The position numbers and the translations under genes were made by a program. From a virus (taxonomy: Duplodnaviria; Caudoviricetes): a stretch of 64,000 bases of DNA. Shown in pieces: positions 38,087 through 46,049 of this stretch (position 1 is the stretch's first letter; each line of letters starts with the position of its first letter). Where the stretch lies: the IMG/VR virus record IMGVR_UViG_3300028410_000746. One strand, 5' to 3'. The notes below the pieces were generated by a model, which searched no databases, had not been told where the DNA came from, and saw nothing but the letters and a program-made list of their open reading frames with translations.

Positions 38087-39097
38087 CTAATCCTCCGGGA
38101 CGTCTAAAGACCTCAAGTGTTCCACAGCCTCCGCCCTCTTGGCAAGCAGGTACTCATCCTTGAGCTGCTGGGTTCTCTTCTCCTGGCGAGACCACGCGTC
38201 GACATACTCGAAGTCCTGATCACTTACAGCCGGAAGCGCCTCGAACCGAGGGGACGCCTCAAGACCGGCGAGACGTTCTCCAAATCGCGCTGAGAAGGTC
38301 TCGAACAACTCACGCGCTTCCTGGCGCATGACCGCCTTGTGGCCACACGTGGAAGCCAAATACAGCGCCTCATGGGCCAGAAGAAGCCAGTCGTCTTGTA
38401 TGTCTTCGGGGATCAACTGAATGCTCCCACGAAGACTGCGCAAGGGGAGCGGCTGCCCTTCTCCGAGAGACCCTCGATCTGCTTCCAAGCGCTCCGCTGC
38501 CCAACGCCCAGCCTCCCGACGGGCTCGGCTATGAGCTACGATCTCTTCGCCCACCATAAAAGGCTCCAGCTCCTCCCAGGTCCCAGGTAGAGCGTTCTGT
38601 TGATACAAGGCTTCGCATACGAGGTCGATCTCCTGAAGCAGAGCCTCAGCAGCAGAAGGCTCCGATTCCCCGCCTCCAACATCCGGAAGGTCCGACCAGT
38701 GCAAGTCAGGCCACGTCACGATCTGACCATCCAGCCACGCGTATCCCGTACCCGAGCTAAAGAAACAGTCAGACAGAACGCTCCAGCGGGTGTGGTACAG
38801 ATCACCATACTCGCGGTAGCACCACTCAAAGAGGCGCTCTACAGTGCTGTCGTACAACCCCTGCTGGTGTTCCCGGACGAAACGTCTCCCCTTGGCCAAG
38901 GCGACCTCTTTCGTGGGAGACATGCGACATGCTGCCTGGACATGGGAGCCCTGACGTGGGATCTGCTCGATATACGAGGACATCCAATTGACACCCTGAG
39001 GGTAATCAATACGAATGCAACACTGCCACGCCTCACCAAACATCCAGCACGCGACCTCATATCGGCCCTGCGTGAATTCTTCCCGCTCCTCACTCAT
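38087..39097 (-). CDS. Hypothetical protein
   Basis: Likely start MSEERE at 39097; ends in TAG directly abutting the next ATG. Confidence 0.65.
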   Translation of the reverse strand: MSEEREEFTQGRYEVACWMFGEAWQCCIRIDYPQGVNWMSSYIEQIPRQGSHVQAACRMSPTKEVALAKGRRFVREHQQGLYDSTVERLFEWCYREYGDLYHTRWSVLSDCFFSSGTGYAWLDGQIVTWPDLHWSDLPDVGGGESEPSAAEALLQEIDLVCEALYQQNALPGTWEELEPFMVGEEIVAHSRARREAGRWAAERLEADRGSLGEGQPLPLRSLRGSIQLIPEDIQDDWLLLAHEALYLASTCGHKAVMRQEARELFETFSARFGERLAGLEASPRFEALPAVSDQDFEYVDAWSRQEKRTQQLKDEYLLAKRAEAVEHLRSLDVPED

Positions 39098-39351
39098 CTC
39101 ATTATCCCGAGCTTGGCATAGGCCTTGAGGGCGCGTTGAAGGCCGTCGGCTCGGTTGGCCGTGCCGGGCTTGGACGTGTGCACCTCCATACCCCTCATGC
39201 AAATTGCGTAGAACGGAAGGCCCGACCAGGGGCTCTTGGACTCCTGGAGCAACTCACACCTCCAGACCTCCGCGCCATCATCGAGATCTCGAATCTTGAC
39301 CGCTTTGAGGTCCTCGCGCTGGTCGATACGCGACTCTATCTTGTCTGCCAT
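39094..39351 (-). CDS. Hypothetical protein
   Basis: 85 aa; translational coupling (ATGA) with the next gene. Confidence 0.6.
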   Translation of the reverse strand: MADKIESRIDQREDLKAVKIRDLDDGAEVWRCELLQESKSPWSGLPFYAICMRGMEVHTSKPGTANRADGLQRALKAYAKLGIMR

Positions 39352-39353
39352 GT

Positions 39354-39776
39354 TCAGCTCTCCTCGGTAGGGTCTACCTCCCTCAAGGATACAGCGCGTT
39401 GGGCCCGGAGGTCAAGCACCCTGCGGTGCTCTGCCTGGAGCTGCTCGAACGCAGACCCCACCTCCTCTGACTTGGATTTGCGACGTTGGTATTCCCCCTC
39501 ACGACGCGCCTTTTCAACCTCCACGTCTTCTACGGCGCGGTCGATGGGCTTGAGCCGAGTGGCTTGGGCCGGATTACTGCACGCATGCAGCGCCACGCAA
39601 AGCTCCCCAAGGAGTCTTCGATGGTGCGGCGAGACCTCCAGCTCTTTGGTTCCCAGGACGTTCAAGAGCATGTGGACGTAGTTGAGCGCCTCGTCGCCCC
39701 GGATGTAGACACCCGACCAGTCCTCTCCAAAGCGAATCGCTCCCGTCTCCGCGCGCCACAGCGTGTCGTCACTCAT
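39354..39776 (-). CDS. Hypothetical protein
   Basis: Likely start MSDDTLW. Confidence 0.55.
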   Translation of the reverse strand: MSDDTLWRAETGAIRFGEDWSGVYIRGDEALNYVHMLLNVLGTKELEVSPHHRRLLGELCVALHACSNPAQATRLKPIDRAVEDVEVEKARREGEYQRRKSKSEEVGSAFEQLQAEHRRVLDLRAQRAVSLREVDPTEES

Positions 39777-40122
39777 TGGACGGACTCGTAAGGAGGTCGA
39801 GCGAGGCCGCATCACGCTCTCGACGCTGCTGCTCCTGATAAGTCTTGGACAGCCTCATCCAAACCCAGGCCGGGGTGCGTGTGGCCACTTCGATACGACT
39901 GGCGACCTCTTGAGTAAAAGGCTGCGCATCCGCCAGAAGCTCGCGCAGATACGCCAGATCAATCTTGGTCAGATCGGCCAGTGTCTCTTCTGCGGTACCG
40001 GAGGACTCCAGCCATATCCGAAGAGCCTCTCCAGGGGAGGTGAAGCCTCCCGGCGTGTAACTCCGCGACTCGTCACGATCTTCGTGCTGTACGAACCCAT
40101 TGGAGCTAATCTTCTTGGTCAT
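39769..40122 (-). CDS. HigA-like HTH (Xre) antitoxin/regulator, no adjacent toxin
   Basis: SPGEALRIWLE...LADLTKID...FTQEVASRIEVATRTPAWVWMRL matches the HigA pattern (PGE.L...IT.E.A.RL....T...W..L). Confidence 0.7.
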   Translation of the reverse strand: MTKKISSNGFVQHEDRDESRSYTPGGFTSPGEALRIWLESSGTAEETLADLTKIDLAYLRELLADAQPFTQEVASRIEVATRTPAWVWMRLSKTYQEQQRRERDAASLDLLTSPSNE

Positions 40123-40822
40123 GTCCGTCTCCTGATTCGGCCACGTCTTCACGTGTCCACATCCACTGCAACTGATAGAACCCGCCGTCGCTTTCGCGGC
40201 GCTCCGCTTCTGGCTCAACCCACGCGTCGGCGTGCTCTCGAACCTCGATCTCCAGGCCGGGAGCGTTGCGGTAGAACCAGGAGAACATCTCATGGCGCGT
40301 TGTCGTATCCGCCATCTCCAGACGTACCCCGTAGAGGGTCTCTCGGAGGCTCCTCAAAGGAGTACCATCCGGCACCACGACCGTCAAGATGAGTTCAGGT
40401 TCTCCATCCTCCGGGCCCACCTGGAAGGTTCGACGTATACCGAGAGCCAGGGAGCCAAAGGCGGCGAAAATGCGACGCGCGGCTTCAAGGTCCAGGCCTC
40501 CAAACCCTTCCTCAGCCCATCTGAGGTGCGCGTGCGAGGTCTGTGCTTTGAGGACCGCGAGGGCTCCCAGATCTACCGCGTAGCTCTTGCCCCCAGACTC
40601 GATGATCCAGAACTGATTGGTCGCCTCATCGTAGGTCCACGTCAGCTCCGGATTCAACTCGACATCACGCACAGAAAACCTCCCTTCAAGCAGCTCCTGC
40701 CGTCGAGGCGGCCCCGTGAGGGCGTGAGCCCTGGCGACACGGCGGCGCTTATAGACGTCAGCACAGGACAACAAAAAGATGAGCCCCACCCACACGATAC
40801 CGAGTAGATAGAGGCCCATCAT
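40106..40822 (-). CDS. Hypothetical membrane-anchored protein
   Basis: N-terminal hydrophobic helix. Confidence 0.55.
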   Translation of the reverse strand: MMGLYLLGIVWVGLIFLLSCADVYKRRRVARAHALTGPPRRQELLEGRFSVRDVELNPELTWTYDEATNQFWIIESGGKSYAVDLGALAVLKAQTSHAHLRWAEEGFGGLDLEAARRIFAAFGSLALGIRRTFQVGPEDGEPELILTVVVPDGTPLRSLRETLYGVRLEMADTTTRHEMFSWFYRNAPGLEIEVREHADAWVEPEAERRESDGGFYQLQWMWTREDVAESGDGHDQED

Positions 40823-40838
40823 GACAACACCCTACGAA

Positions 40839-41108
40839 TCAGCGCTCCAGGGAGTCGTTGACCTGCGGAAGAAACTTCGTGTGCAGGTCGCGCTCCACAA
40901 GGAGCCGCAAGACGTCCGCCGCACAGGAGATCACGGCATAGATGTCCTTGGTTTCGAGCTGCGGCATCTCGTACAGGATCTGGTCGACAGTCCACCCGCT
41001 CGACAGCAAAGAGAGCAAGAACTCCACGCTTATGCGAGTTCCTCGAACCGTCGGTCGCCCTCCCATGACTGCTTCGTTTGATACAATACGTGTCCGCCAG
41101 TCTATCAC
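40839..41108 (-). CDS. DUF433-family protein (VapB45-like antitoxin), no adjacent toxin
   Basis: RIVSNEAVMGGRPTVRGTRISVEFLLSLLSSGWTVDQILYEMPQLETKDIYA is the DUF433 signature. Confidence 0.85.
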   Translation of the reverse strand: MIDWRTRIVSNEAVMGGRPTVRGTRISVEFLLSLLSSGWTVDQILYEMPQLETKDIYAVISCAADVLRLLVERDLHTKFLPQVNDSLER

Positions 41109-41466
41109 GGTACACCTCGGAGGCAAGAGTGAGCACGGCTCCTCCAGGTCTCCCATAACCCCCAGCTTGTATCCTCACTCTGACCCGCCCGCACGCGTAC
41201 GCGCATCACCAGAACACGACGTACAGCTAGAATACCGTCGGCGGGTCTCCACTCGCACGAAATCCGACACGAGCAGCCCCAAGTTCAGGCTCCCAAAGAC
41301 CACGGTAGCTGCCTGCGAGACGAAGGCGTCCTTGGTGTACACGTAGCTGGCTGACGTCGTACGACGTCCAAGAACACGCCGACGCAAAGACGAGCGCTTG
41401 AGCGTGTACCTCAAACGCTGACGCATCCATGCCGAAAGCGTAACCCCCCCCTTGCGCTCTTCCCAC

Positions 41467-41961
41467 CTACTCATCGTCAGTCTCCGAGGGGGCATGTTCG
41501 GCACACCGTCGACTGAACCAGCTACCCTCATAGACACCCTCGGCGCCCATCTTACCACAGACCTGACAGGTGACGTGACTCACACGCTCCGCAAGGTCCA
41601 CGTAGTGGTCTACCTTGTTAGGCCCATTCATGGTGTAGAACCGCAGCTCGCCCCACTTCTCCTTGACCTGCATGACCACGAAGCCCTCGAAGGGATCGGT
41701 GGGGTACTGCGCAAAGTAGCGCTCAATCCACTCGCAGTCTGCAAGCTCTCCCACGGTGGTGACCCCTTGTTTGACGAAGAGATCGTCGCGGATGTCACAC
41801 ACCTCCGGCCACCTCTTGGCAGCGTGCGAGATCTGATCCAGCAAGGCCTCCACGAGAGGCTCCCAGCCCTCGGGGACGCTGAAGTCAAACGCATCTTTGA
41901 GAAAGGCATGTTTTGCGAACATGCGCTCCCACCACTTCTTCTCTTCTGAACTGTCACTCAT
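41467..41961 (-). CDS. Conserved phage hypothetical protein with C-terminal zinc ribbon
   Basis: QVKEKWGELRFY...TCQVCG...W..RRC..H; GGAG RBS; true start 41961 because the upstream ORF extension is CRISPR sequence. Confidence 0.7.
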   Translation of the reverse strand: MSDSSEEKKWWERMFAKHAFLKDAFDFSVPEGWEPLVEALLDQISHAAKRWPEVCDIRDDLFVKQGVTTVGELADCEWIERYFAQYPTDPFEGFVVMQVKEKWGELRFYTMNGPNKVDHYVDLAERVSHVTCQVCGKMGAEGVYEGSWFSRRCAEHAPSETDDE

Positions 41962-41978
41962 GGTCAAACTCCAGGGTG

Positions 41979-42068
41979 GGGGACATCCCCGCTCGCGCGG
42001 GGAACACCGCAGGTAGTGGGCCTCGTCGCAGATGATGACCGGAACATCCCCGCTCGCGCGGGGAACAC
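41979..42068 (-). CRISPR. Type I-E mini-array 2: 2 repeats, one 32-nt spacer
   Basis: Leader-proximal repeat GTGTTCCCCGCGCGAGCGGGGATGTTCCG (42068-42040), close to the E. coli I-E repeat; trailer repeat 42007-41979; spacer 42008-42039. Confidence 0.93.
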
Positions 42069-42089
42069 TCTTCAAATGTTCAGTATACC

Positions 42090-42102
42090 TAACTCCTTGA
42101 TT
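42090..42102 (-). promoter_or_regulatory. IHF consensus site in the array-2 leader
   Basis: AATCAAGGAGTTA is an exact WATCAANNNNTTR match, 21 nt from the first repeat. Confidence 0.7.
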
Positions 42103-42191
42103 CATAAGAGGAATCCTGTTGGCATAGGGTGCGTCGGTTTACTTTACCAAATCGTACCCTGTGGTACAAGCTCCCAAGAGCGACTAAGCGG

Positions 42192-42221
42192 ACCTTACTA
42201 CAAGCTCTCTCCGGCTGTCAA
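42192..42221 (-). promoter_or_regulatory. Sigma70-type promoter of array 2
   Basis: TTGACA-N18-TAAGGT. Confidence 0.65.
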
Positions 42222-42345
42222 GAGGTTTGCAGCTCTTTCCACATGCGGTACATGTGGGCGCGGATGCGGTCATAAGAGTCCGTGTCGCCTTTTTGAGCGA
42301 TGCCGCGACCCTGGAGCGTGAGGAACACCTCTCCAAAAGCCTCAT

Positions 42346-42498
42346 GGGGACATCCCCGCGTACACGGGGAAGGGGTCCAGGTCAGGCACACGGGCCGTAC
42401 GGGAGTGGGGACATCCCCGCGTACACGGGGAAGGGTGCTACTAGACTCCGGGGTGCATGGCGGTGCGCAGGGGACATCCCCGCGTACACGGGGAAGGG
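42346..42498 (-). CRISPR. Type I-E mini-array 3: 3 identical repeats, 2 spacers (34 and 32 nt)
   Basis: CCCTTCCCCGTGTACGCGGGGATGTCCCC at 42346-42374, 42407-42435, 42470-42498. Confidence 0.95.
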
Positions 42499-42638
42499 TC
42501 TGTGCCAAGAAGTCACAGGGTAGGGAACACGTAAGTATTCGGTTTTCAAAGACTTTCAGGGTTCAGTGTCAAAGAGCGTCACCCTTGGGCGACCTCTCCG
42601 ACGTCCTTATGGTAACCACACCTAAGAGGGCCTGTCAA
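42499..42638 (-). promoter_or_regulatory. Leader and promoter of array 3 (homolog of the array-1 leader)
   Basis: TTGACA (42638-42633), 18 nt, TACCAT (42614-42609); same 140-bp geometry as 23365-23504. Confidence 0.8.
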
Positions 42639-43171
42639 GCGCCGCGCAACGGTCGAAACGTCAAGTTGATGCGAGGCTCAGAGACACGGGCACGCTTGGG
42701 GAGGCTGTGCTCCCACTCGCGCTGAGTCCCCGCAGGCATGACGAGAAGGCTGCCGTCCGTGAGCGCGAAGGAGAGCTTCTCCTTGTGGTCCACCTTGCGG
42801 CGCATCTTGAAGTCTCGGGCAGCTCCAAACGACAGGGAGGCGATCACCGGGTCATCCCCGAACAGCGGCTCATCGTCCGCGTGCCAGCCAATGCGGTCCG
42901 AGCCGTCCCGGTAGAGGTTGGCCAGCATCGTGGGGAGCTTGCAACCCACATGAGCCTCGACCTTCTCCTGGAGCGACTTGAGGAGAGCAGAAGGAAGCTC
43001 CCGAGCCCCCCACTGTAGGTTGGAGTACGTGTAAGAGACCGGACCGTACCACGCAGTCAAGCGAGGCTGTGGGTGCTCTTTGCCGTAGACCACAATCATG
43101 CGCTGTTCAAAGGCGAGCAGACTGCGCAGCTCCTCGAAATCCATCTCCACGAACTGCTCTATCAATTCCAT
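42635..43171 (-). CDS. alkB: AlkB-family 2OG-Fe(II) oxygenase (ALKBH2/3-like)
   Basis: QPRLTAWYG, NLYRDGSDRIGWHADDE (HxD), IASLSFGAARDF, GSLLVM, WEHSLPK, RINLTFR. Confidence 0.92.
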   Translation of the reverse strand: MELIEQFVEMDFEELRSLLAFEQRMIVVYGKEHPQPRLTAWYGPVSYTYSNLQWGARELPSALLKSLQEKVEAHVGCKLPTMLANLYRDGSDRIGWHADDEPLFGDDPVIASLSFGAARDFKMRRKVDHKEKLSFALTDGSLLVMPAGTQREWEHSLPKRARVSEPRINLTFRPLRGA

Positions 43172-43227
43172 CACGGTGCTCCAGGGCAAAGGGTGATGAG
43201 CTACCCTAGCCCGAAGAGAGCGTAAAG

Positions 43228-43602
43228 TCAACCGGCAGACAGCACCAAGCGCCAGATCGTCCACGCACACAGGAGGTGGTACGTGTTGTCGACGATGATC
43301 ACGGACCACGGCCCCATGTTGTCACGGAACCCCGTCTGACCTGCCTTACCCATCCAGGCGGCGGCGAGACGGTAGCGGTCGACCGGGTAGTGCGTGGCCC
43401 AAATGGCAGCGTAGGCCCACCACGGCCAGACATCCCCCATGACCCAGGTGAAGCAGACAAACATCAACGTATAGAGCGTCACATGCACCAGACACGCTGC
43501 CGTGCCCTCCCAGGTACGTGCGCTCTTGTTCTGCGCCATCCAGTCGTTCTGGTAGACGTAATCACCCACGAGGTGAACCAGAATAAGAGTACCCATATCC
43601 AT
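43228..43602 (-). CDS. DUF3307-family membrane protein
   Basis: HLVGDYVYQNDWMA..K...HVTLY...THYPVD...DNTYH motifs. Confidence 0.8.
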   Translation of the reverse strand: MDMGTLILVHLVGDYVYQNDWMAQNKSARTWEGTAACLVHVTLYTLMFVCFTWVMGDVWPWWAYAAIWATHYPVDRYRLAAAWMGKAGQTGFRDNMGPWSVIIVDNTYHLLCAWTIWRLVLSAG

Positions 43603-43880
43603 TACCGAACCTTCGCTTTGGAGGTCTCAAGCACGTACAGCGCCTGAAACAGTGATGTCCCGCCCGCTGTCTCTGGCCCACCCAGAGGACCGGGGTATAC
43701 CACGTCACCACTCTTCGCGTCCAACACAGCGAAGAAATTCTTCCACTGGATGGGAGATACGGGACCCGGCTTCTTGGGAGTTCCCCACTCGCAACGGTAA
43801 TACGGGGTTCCATCCTGGAGGGTGCCTGCACGCGAGGCTGTGAAGCCGTCGTCGCGATGGAAGGTAAAGGGGTAGACCAT
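43602..43880 (-). CDS. Hypothetical protein
   Basis: 92 aa; its TAA overlaps the next ATG. Confidence 0.55.
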   Translation of the reverse strand: MVYPFTFHRDDGFTASRAGTLQDGTPYYRCEWGTPKKPGPVSPIQWKNFFAVLDAKSGDVVYPGPLGGPETAGGTSLFQALYVLETSKAKVR

Positions 43881-43982
43881 CTAACTCTCGCAAGGTATGA
43901 GGTATGGGCGCTCGGGAGGCTTACTTCCCGCTCTTGGGCATGGTCACCTTGATCGTCCACACCGGAGGCTTGCCGTTACGAT

Positions 43983-44011
43983 AGGGACATCCCCGCGCGT
44001 GCGGGGAAGGG
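43983..44011 (-). CRISPR. Solitary type I-E repeat unit 1 with its own promoter
   Basis: CCCTTCCCCGCACGCGCGGGGATGTCCCT; no second repeat at +/-61 bp. Confidence 0.85.
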
Positions 44012-44026
44012 CCGGGCGCATCGACA

Positions 44027-44055
44027 ATGCTACCACACCCTGAAAGGGGCGTCAA
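44027..44055 (-). promoter_or_regulatory. Extended -10 sigma70 promoter 15 nt upstream of the solitary repeat
   Basis: TTGACG-N17-(TG)G-TAGCAT. Confidence 0.75.
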
Positions 44056-44060
44056 GTCCC

Positions 44061-45647
44061 TCACTCCACGGGTCCCAGGATCTCCTGGACGGTACCGAAG
44101 TTGGTGACGAGGAAGCGCACGGGGGCTCCTACCGTGTACCGTTGGAACTCCCCGTAGTCAACGGTGAGGGTCTGCGAGTACGGCGTATCACCCTCCTGGA
44201 ACCCCAGAGTAAGCTCATAACGCGCCGTGCGGCGTTCGCGCTCCAGCGGCCCCAGTGACCCCTTGGGCCAGCGAGCCGGTCTCTTGGTTCCTGCGGAGTT
44301 ATGACGGTCGGAGTCGATCCAGCGTTGCGTGGCGTAGCTGCACCACTGCTGCGGGATGGAGCGCTCGCAGATCTTGTCCACGGTATCGGAGCTGTGAATG
44401 GCCACCTGCTTCGAGCGCGTACACGTGTCAGGCACGCTGTCATAGACCGTACGCGAGCAGGTTGAAGAGACACTACGGGAGCAGTATCTGGGGGAGCAGG
44501 AGCGCGACGCGCTGCCCTTGCTCGTGCGGGACGTAGAGCACGTCTCGCCGCACTGATAGGACTCCGACTTGGAGCATGAATAGCTCTCCTGTCGAGACAC
44601 CTTCTTGGTGCACGAGTAGCTCTCCGTCTCCGTCCTCATGTGCGTACACGACACCTGCTTGGTCCCACACACGTAGTCCTGGTAATGGTGGTGCTTCATG
44701 CGACAGGACTGCACGCGAACTCCCGCGCGCGCGCCTGAGCCGTTGACGGGCTTGACCTCTCTCCGCTCGCTCAGACTCATCTGCCAGTCTTCGTCGACTA
44801 CAGGCGTCCACCGCTGCTCCTGGATCACCCTCTCCCAATGCAGCGACTCCACCTCTCCCGTGACCTCATGGGTCTGGAAGCCCCAAACGGTCGTACCCAG
44901 GACAAGCCCGAGGACACTGATCGCAGCCCCGCCGCCCTTCTGCTTCGGGCTCATGGATGAAAGGCGGGCCAGCTTGGGGACCTTTGGCGGGGAGTCCTCG
45001 GACGGCATACCCGACGTATCCTCGGAGGCCTTCTTGACAGGCTCTTCCTCCTCCAGGAACGCGTTCTCGGAGATCACCGAGCTGGGAAGGTCCTCGTCGC
45101 TCCATTTTGGGCGCGCGACATGACCCTGTGACTGCATCTCTTCTTTGAACGCCGAACGGCCCTTGTTGGCCGCTTCGAGCTGGTCCTCGTGCTTCGCGTC
45201 CGCGTCAAAGGAGAGGCCGTGTGCTGCACGCATACCCGCGAAGGCGCCGAACTGCTCCACGAGGTCCGCTGCGACACCCTGTTCGCCGTCCATGTAGGCC
45301 TGGAATGTACGGTAGTCGAGAGCCTCACGAAGCTGCTCATCCGAAGCACCGCGAGGCGCTGCGCAGTGGTGACACTCCGTCTCATCCCCGTAGTTGTCCC
45401 CCGTGCAGTTCGTACAGAACCAGCTCGCGCCAACGTCTGCGAACCGTGCCGTGTCTTCTTGGGTCCACGCGCGCTCTTCATGACCATGACTGGCCCACGA
45501 CTCGTCATCGCCAGGGAGATACGCCCCATCAAACTCTTCAAAGGTCCGGGCATGCGCGCACTCGGGGCATGTGCGATGGCGAGGACTACACGGGATACCC
45601 ACATGTCCGCAATCCGAACAGTCCCACATCAACCAGTAGTCACTCAT
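44061..45647 (-). CDS. Zinc-finger, transmembrane, Cys-rich exported-domain protein
   Basis: WDCSDC...CPEC and WFCTNC...CHHC fingers; helix AISVLGLVLGTTVWG; then many periodic Cys/Ser/Thr repeats. Confidence 0.7.
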   Translation of the reverse strand: MSDYWLMWDCSDCGHVGIPCSPRHRTCPECAHARTFEEFDGAYLPGDDESWASHGHEERAWTQEDTARFADVGASWFCTNCTGDNYGDETECHHCAAPRGASDEQLREALDYRTFQAYMDGEQGVAADLVEQFGAFAGMRAAHGLSFDADAKHEDQLEAANKGRSAFKEEMQSQGHVARPKWSDEDLPSSVISENAFLEEEEPVKKASEDTSGMPSEDSPPKVPKLARLSSMSPKQKGGGAAISVLGLVLGTTVWGFQTHEVTGEVESLHWERVIQEQRWTPVVDEDWQMSLSERREVKPVNGSGARAGVRVQSCRMKHHHYQDYVCGTKQVSCTHMRTETESYSCTKKVSRQESYSCSKSESYQCGETCSTSRTSKGSASRSCSPRYCSRSVSSTCSRTVYDSVPDTCTRSKQVAIHSSDTVDKICERSIPQQWCSYATQRWIDSDRHNSAGTKRPARWPKGSLGPLERERRTARYELTLGFQEGDTPYSQTLTVDYGEFQRYTVGAPVRFLVTNFGTVQEILGPVE

Positions 45648-45674
45648 AGCTCTACTCCTATTCTTCAAGGGGCC

Positions 45675-45968
45675 TCAGCTCTCCTCAACGATCTCCAGGA
45701 GCCGCGAGACCACCATGTCTTGGTTAGCCTGGAGCCACTCGACGACCGCCTCATGGTTACGGTCCAGGCTCGGCAGATCGTTACTCACACGGCGCGCGTT
45801 GACCGCGTACTCCATCTCATATGTGAGGTCAGTGAGAGCGGAACCCTCCAGAGTTCCGTCGAGCTTCGTGGCAGCGTTGAGATCCTCCAGGGTCTCCAAC
45901 GCCGTGTCCCAAAAGCAGTGGTAGAAGTGGTCCGTGTTCGAGAAAAGAGCCTGCATCGCGTCGTACAT
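45675..45968 (-). CDS. Hypothetical protein
   Basis: 97 aa, GAGG RBS, own promoter. Confidence 0.6.
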   Translation of the reverse strand: MYDAMQALFSNTDHFYHCFWDTALETLEDLNAATKLDGTLEGSALTDLTYEMEYAVNARRVSNDLPSLDRNHEAVVEWLQANQDMVVSRLLEIVEES

Positions 45969-46012
45969 GTTTTATACCTCTGTTCGGTGTGTCTGTGTTG
46001 TCTTACACACAT

Positions 46013-46042
46013 CATATAACACAAGGAGTAGGGGGTCGTAAA
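46013..46042 (-). promoter_or_regulatory. Conserved phage promoter, copy 9
   Basis: TTTACG-N18(TGTGT)-TATATG. Confidence 0.6.
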
Positions 46043-46049
46043 AAGAAAG

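Noticed and set aside
41962-42105. N-terminal extension of ORF 41467-42105 containing a DEAH motif
   Set aside because: The motif is the array-2 spacer between two repeats; the real gene starts at 41961 after a GGAG RBS.
22000-44100. cas genes near the arrays
   Set aside because: No ORF shows Cas1, Cas2, Cas3, Cas5, Cas6, Cas7, Cas8 or Cas11 features by eye; an HMM search is needed to exclude very divergent ones.
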